Assembly: GCA_021787665.1 (NCBI GenBank)
Contig: JAJYLN010000007.1
Coordinates: 10,135 to 74,134, forward strand
DNA from: a bacterium
GTDB taxonomy: Bacteria; JAMCPX01
DNA: 64,000 nt
Direction of reading: 5' to 3'
Both the position numbers and the translations under genes were made by a program. The notes under the pieces were generated by a model. It was not told where the DNA came from, ran no database searches, and worked only from the letters and a program-made list of their open reading frames with translations. Numbering within the stretch: position 1 is the first letter of the stretch; each line of letters opens with the position of its first letter. Of the stretch, positions 60,969 to 64,000 are shown piece after piece.

Positions 60969-62433
60969 AGATCCTATAGTCATTATAGGTTCCGGTATCG
61001 GCGGCCTGACCGCTGCTATCATCCTCGCAAAGCTGGGCCATCGTGTGACTGTTGTGGAAAAGAACAAGCTGCCCGGCGGCCTGATGAGGAGCTATACCAG
61101 AAAGGGGATCGAATGCGAAGTAGGGATCCACTACATGGGCGCCCTAGACAAGGGTCAGCCTTTGCGCCAGATCTTCGACTTTATCGGGGTATCCGATCGT
61201 ATACCCCTCACGCGCATGGGCGAAGACGGGGTCGTCGATAAATACATCCTGCCCGGGATGGAGTTCGATTTCCCCGCGAGCATCGATCGATACGGAGAGA
61301 ACCTCCGTGAGGCCTTTCCGGATGAGGGCCGTCAAATAGCCGCAATTATCGCTGTTCTTCACGATGCGATCGGCCGGTTCGACAGCATGTCTATATTTTT
61401 GAAGGGGGAAACAAATTTCGACTTTGCCCGGGAACTGCGGCCCGCGGGCGATTATTTCAATGAACTGGGATGCTCCCTGGGGCTGCGCAGCATCCTGAGT
61501 GTTCCCCTGTCATTGATCGGCGTAGGACCCGATGAATGCCCCGTATATCTATGGAGTTCCTCGGTCTCTTCCTATCTGATGTCCTCGTGGAGGCTGACAC
61601 GCGGGGGCGCACATATGGCGGATACCTTCGCAGAGAGGCTGCGTGAGCTCGGTGGAGAAATCATCTGCAATGACGGGGTATCGAAGATCCTCGTACAGAA
61701 CCGCGCTGTCCGTGGCGTAGCCTTGAAGTCCGGAAGGGAGCTTGTCTCTCCCACGATCATATCGGCCATCCATCCAAAGCTGATGCTCGGTCTGCTATCC
61801 GACGATTCTTATAAGCCTTCCTTTAAAAACAGGATCCTATCTCTCCAGGAAACGCCCGGGATTTTCGCAACCCATGTAGCGGTCCCCGAAGATGAGCTTC
61901 CTTTAAGGCCGTACAATATCTTCATCCTGAACGAGGCCGCGGACAAGTACGAGGTAGTGACATTTCTTAACATGAAGAAATCACCCGAACCCGGCTGGAA
62001 CACACTGTCCATCCTGGGAGGGAGCCCGTACGAGCAATGGCGCACATGGGAGCACACGACGAGAGGGCAGCGACCCCGTGAATACAAAGAGGCGAAGGCC
62101 CGCGAGGCCGCTGTTCTCTTTGATAGGGCCCTAAAGCTTTTCGGGCCCCTCCACCGGGCACGGGTCGTAGACTCCTTTACGCCCCTGTCGTTTGTAGACT
62201 GGATGGGGAGTCCGGAAGGTGGCGCCTATGGCGTACGCCGATCGACGACACAGAAGTTCAAGACCGCTGCACTGCACCGTACGCCGCTAACAGGGCTGCA
62301 TGCAGTCGGGCAGAGCGTCTTCGCCCCGGGCATACTGGGTACGGCGCTGGGGACCCTGCGGGTACTCGCCCCTCTGGTGGGATATGAAACGCTCCGTCAG
62401 AAATTTATTGACTCAGGTATAGAAGGAATTTAA
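60958..62433 (+). CDS. FAD-dependent oxidoreductase, phytoene desaturase (CrtI)/amine-oxidase-like family
   Basis: N-terminal dinucleotide-binding motif IVIIGSGIGGLTAAIILAKLGHRVTVVEKN...GG. ~490 aa. Start overlaps the KS stop by 11 nt. Confidence 0.7.
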   Translation: MPPEDPIVIIGSGIGGLTAAIILAKLGHRVTVVEKNKLPGGLMRSYTRKGIECEVGIHYMGALDKGQPLRQIFDFIGVSDRIPLTRMGEDGVVDKYILPGMEFDFPASIDRYGENLREAFPDEGRQIAAIIAVLHDAIGRFDSMSIFLKGETNFDFARELRPAGDYFNELGCSLGLRSILSVPLSLIGVGPDECPVYLWSSSVSSYLMSSWRLTRGGAHMADTFAERLRELGGEIICNDGVSKILVQNRAVRGVALKSGRELVSPTIISAIHPKLMLGLLSDDSYKPSFKNRILSLQETPGIFATHVAVPEDELPLRPYNIFILNEAADKYEVVTFLNMKKSPEPGWNTLSILGGSPYEQWRTWEHTTRGQRPREYKEAKAREAAVLFDRALKLFGPLHRARVVDSFTPLSFVDWMGSPEGGAYGVRRSTTQKFKTAALHRTPLTGLHAVGQSVFAPGILGTALGTLRVLAPLVGYETLRQKFIDSGIEGI

Positions 62434-62450
62434 AAGATGAAAGGATTGTC

Positions 62451-64000
62451 ATGACGAAGAAACATACACGAAACACGTCGTCACAAAAGCCGGTTGTCAT
62501 AGGAGAAGGCGATCTTACGCCGGCGCAGGTCGTCGCCATCGCCCGTGGCAAGGAGAGGGTACGCATCAGCACGAACAAGGACTTTACCGGCAGGATGAAG
62601 CGGTCGCAAAAGATACTCCAGCACGCGCTCGACGCCGGCGAGCCGGTTTATGGAGTAACCACCGGGTACGGAGCTGCGTGTGGCAATAGGATCCAGAAGC
62701 ATAAAACCGAGGAACTCGGGAGCAACCTCATCAAGTACCACGGATGCGGCACCGGTGAGCCGTTGGGCGTAGAAGAGGTGCGTGCGTCCCTGATGTGCAG
62801 GCTCGCGTGCTTCGCACAGGGACATTCCGGGGTGTCCGTCAACCTGCTGCAAGCCCTTGCGGACTTCCTCAACAAAGGCATAACACCGGTCGTACCTTCC
62901 CTCGGCTCTGTCGGCGCATCCGGGGACCTCACCCCTATGTCATACATCGCCGCCTGCCTGTCCGGAGACAGGGAGGTCCTGTATAAAGGACGGCGAATGC
63001 ACTCCCGGAACGCTCTGTCTCTGGCAGGCCTGTCTCCCTACCGCTTTCTTCCGAAAGAGCCGCTCGGCATGATGAATGGAACTTCCGTTATGACCGGGAT
63101 CGCGGCCCTTGTTCTGGACAAAAGTAGGGTCATAGCAGATGCTGCACTCGCAGCTACGGCACTCTCGCTCCATGCCATCATAGGACACGAGCGGCACTTC
63201 CATTCGGCGGTGGTCAACTCGAAGCCCCATCCCGGACAGCACAGCACCGGCGAGCGGCTGCGGGGCCTTCTGGCCTGCGTGGACTGTCCTCCGGAATCCG
63301 GCAGGGAAAATGATCTGCAAGACCCTTATTCCACACGCTGCGCCCCGCAGATCCTCGGCGTCGTGTACGATGCCTTCGAATGGATCGGGCAATGGGTCCA
63401 CCGGGAGATAAACAGCTCCAACGACAATCCGCTGTCCGACGGCGACAACGAAGAGGTCTTCATGGGCGGCAATTTTTACGGCGGTCACATAGCATACGCC
63501 ATGGACGCCCTGAAGAGCGCGCTGGCATCGGTCGCAGACATGGCTGACCGACAGATGGCCCTGCTGGTCGATCCCCGGTACAACCGGGGTCTCCCGGCAA
63601 ACCTCGTGAAGGTGAAGGGTGACAAACAGCCCCTGCACCACGGGTTCAAGGGTATGCAGATCACCGCCTCGGCACTTACGGCAGAAGCCCTGAAGAACAC
63701 CATGCCCGCGGCATCGTTCTCCAGATCAACCGAGTCCCATAACCAGGACAAGGTGAGCATGGGCACGATCGCCGCACGGGACGCTTCGCGGCAATGCGAC
63801 CTCGTCAGCAGGGCTGTGGCCATCCATCTCATGGCAGCGGTCCAGGCATGCGAGCTGCGCGGTAATCTGGACAGGAGACCTGCACTGGCGTCCCTGGTAA
63901 AAGAGGTCAGAAAGGTGGTAAAGGAGACGGTCTTCGACCGCCCCATGGACAGGGACATCGAGGCCCTCGTAGGCGCGCTGCCGGACGTGGTACGATCCGT
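62451..64000 (+). CDS. Aromatic amino acid ammonia-lyase (HAL/PAL/TAL family, MIO cofactor), 3'-truncated by window end
   Basis: Not in the ORF track because there is no stop before the window end. Manual translation from ATG 62451 gives ...GVTTGYGA...GSVGASGDLTPMSYIAA... with the Ala-Ser-Gly MIO-forming triad, and continues ...NDNPL...FYGGHIAYAMD... for 516 aa. Confidence 0.8.
   Translation, partial: MTKKHTRNTSSQKPVVIGEGDLTPAQVVAIARGKERVRISTNKDFTGRMKRSQKILQHALDAGEPVYGVTTGYGAACGNRIQKHKTEELGSNLIKYHGCGTGEPLGVEEVRASLMCRLACFAQGHSGVSVNLLQALADFLNKGITPVVPSLGSVGASGDLTPMSYIAACLSGDREVLYKGRRMHSRNALSLAGLSPYRFLPKEPLGMMNGTSVMTGIAALVLDKSRVIADAALAATALSLHAIIGHERHFHSAVVNSKPHPGQHSTGERLRGLLACVDCPPESGRENDLQDPYSTRCAPQILGVVYDAFEWIGQWVHREINSSNDNPLSDGDNEEVFMGGNFYGGHIAYAMDALKSALASVADMADRQMALLVDPRYNRGLPANLVKVKGDKQPLHHGFKGMQITASALTAEALKNTMPAASFSRSTESHNQDKVSMGTIAARDASRQCDLVSRAVAIHLMAAVQACELRGNLDRRPALASLVKEVRKVVKETVFDRPMDRDIEALVGALPDVVRS

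Noticed and set aside
60069-61067. 332-aa minus-strand ORF antisense to the KS-CLF and FAD-oxidoreductase genes
   Set aside because: Antisense artefact. The plus-strand frames carry the KS catalytic motifs and a Rossmann motif.

Overview
This is a 64 kb window of a high-GC (~60%) bacterial chromosome. Gene content and order resemble a Deltaproteobacteria-like anaerobe: an rpoN-type hpf-hprK-rapZ-EIIA-HPr-EI regulatory PTS cluster, an 11-subunit nuo operon, and a GldG/DUF4340 ABC operon.

Most of the window is densely packed housekeeping genes. The long minus-strand block from ~3.4 to 30 kb holds nuoABCDHIJKLMN (no nuoEFG), an aspartate aminotransferase, coaD, rsmD, degP, a DUF1844-like protein, DUF4340, GldG-like, ABC-2 permease, ABC ATPase, a ClpA-like ATPase, htpX, ppx, a beta-barrel OMP and ligA. 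The 41-57 kb stretch holds ppdK, glySQ, the PTS-Ntr-like cluster, a VOC epimerase, an ICMT-like methyltransferase, a GT39 glycosyltransferase, gmhA, an epimerase, aroD and tatC.

Two accessory-looking islands stand out.

(i) 30-41 kb: a 1131-aa STAND-type regulator with inverted SARP architecture (MalT-like NTPase plus helical repeats, then a C-terminal wHTH-BTAD), a DHA2 MFS efflux pump, a lipoprotein combining a collagen-like triple-helix segment with an 8-blade PQQ-like beta-propeller, a terminator, a 3' gene remnant of a propeller paralog, a ~150-nt cluster of perfect hairpins, a secreted single-HKD PLD/Nuc-like protein, and a sigma54-dependent two-component pair.

(ii) 58-64 kb, running off the window edge: a translationally coupled operon of two tandem ACPs, a 734-aa KS-CLF didomain ketosynthase, a CrtI-like FAD oxidoreductase, and a MIO-type aromatic amino acid ammonia-lyase with the ASG motif. 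This looks like an uncharacterised type II PKS/FAS-like lipid or pigment pathway, aryl-polyene- or flexirubin-like, primed from an aromatic amino acid.

Also noted: a frameshifted, low-GC DUF4143 AAA ATPase; a 16-bp perfect palindrome overlapping a start codon; and a Cys4 insertion in PPDK. No rRNA, tRNA or CRISPR was recognised.
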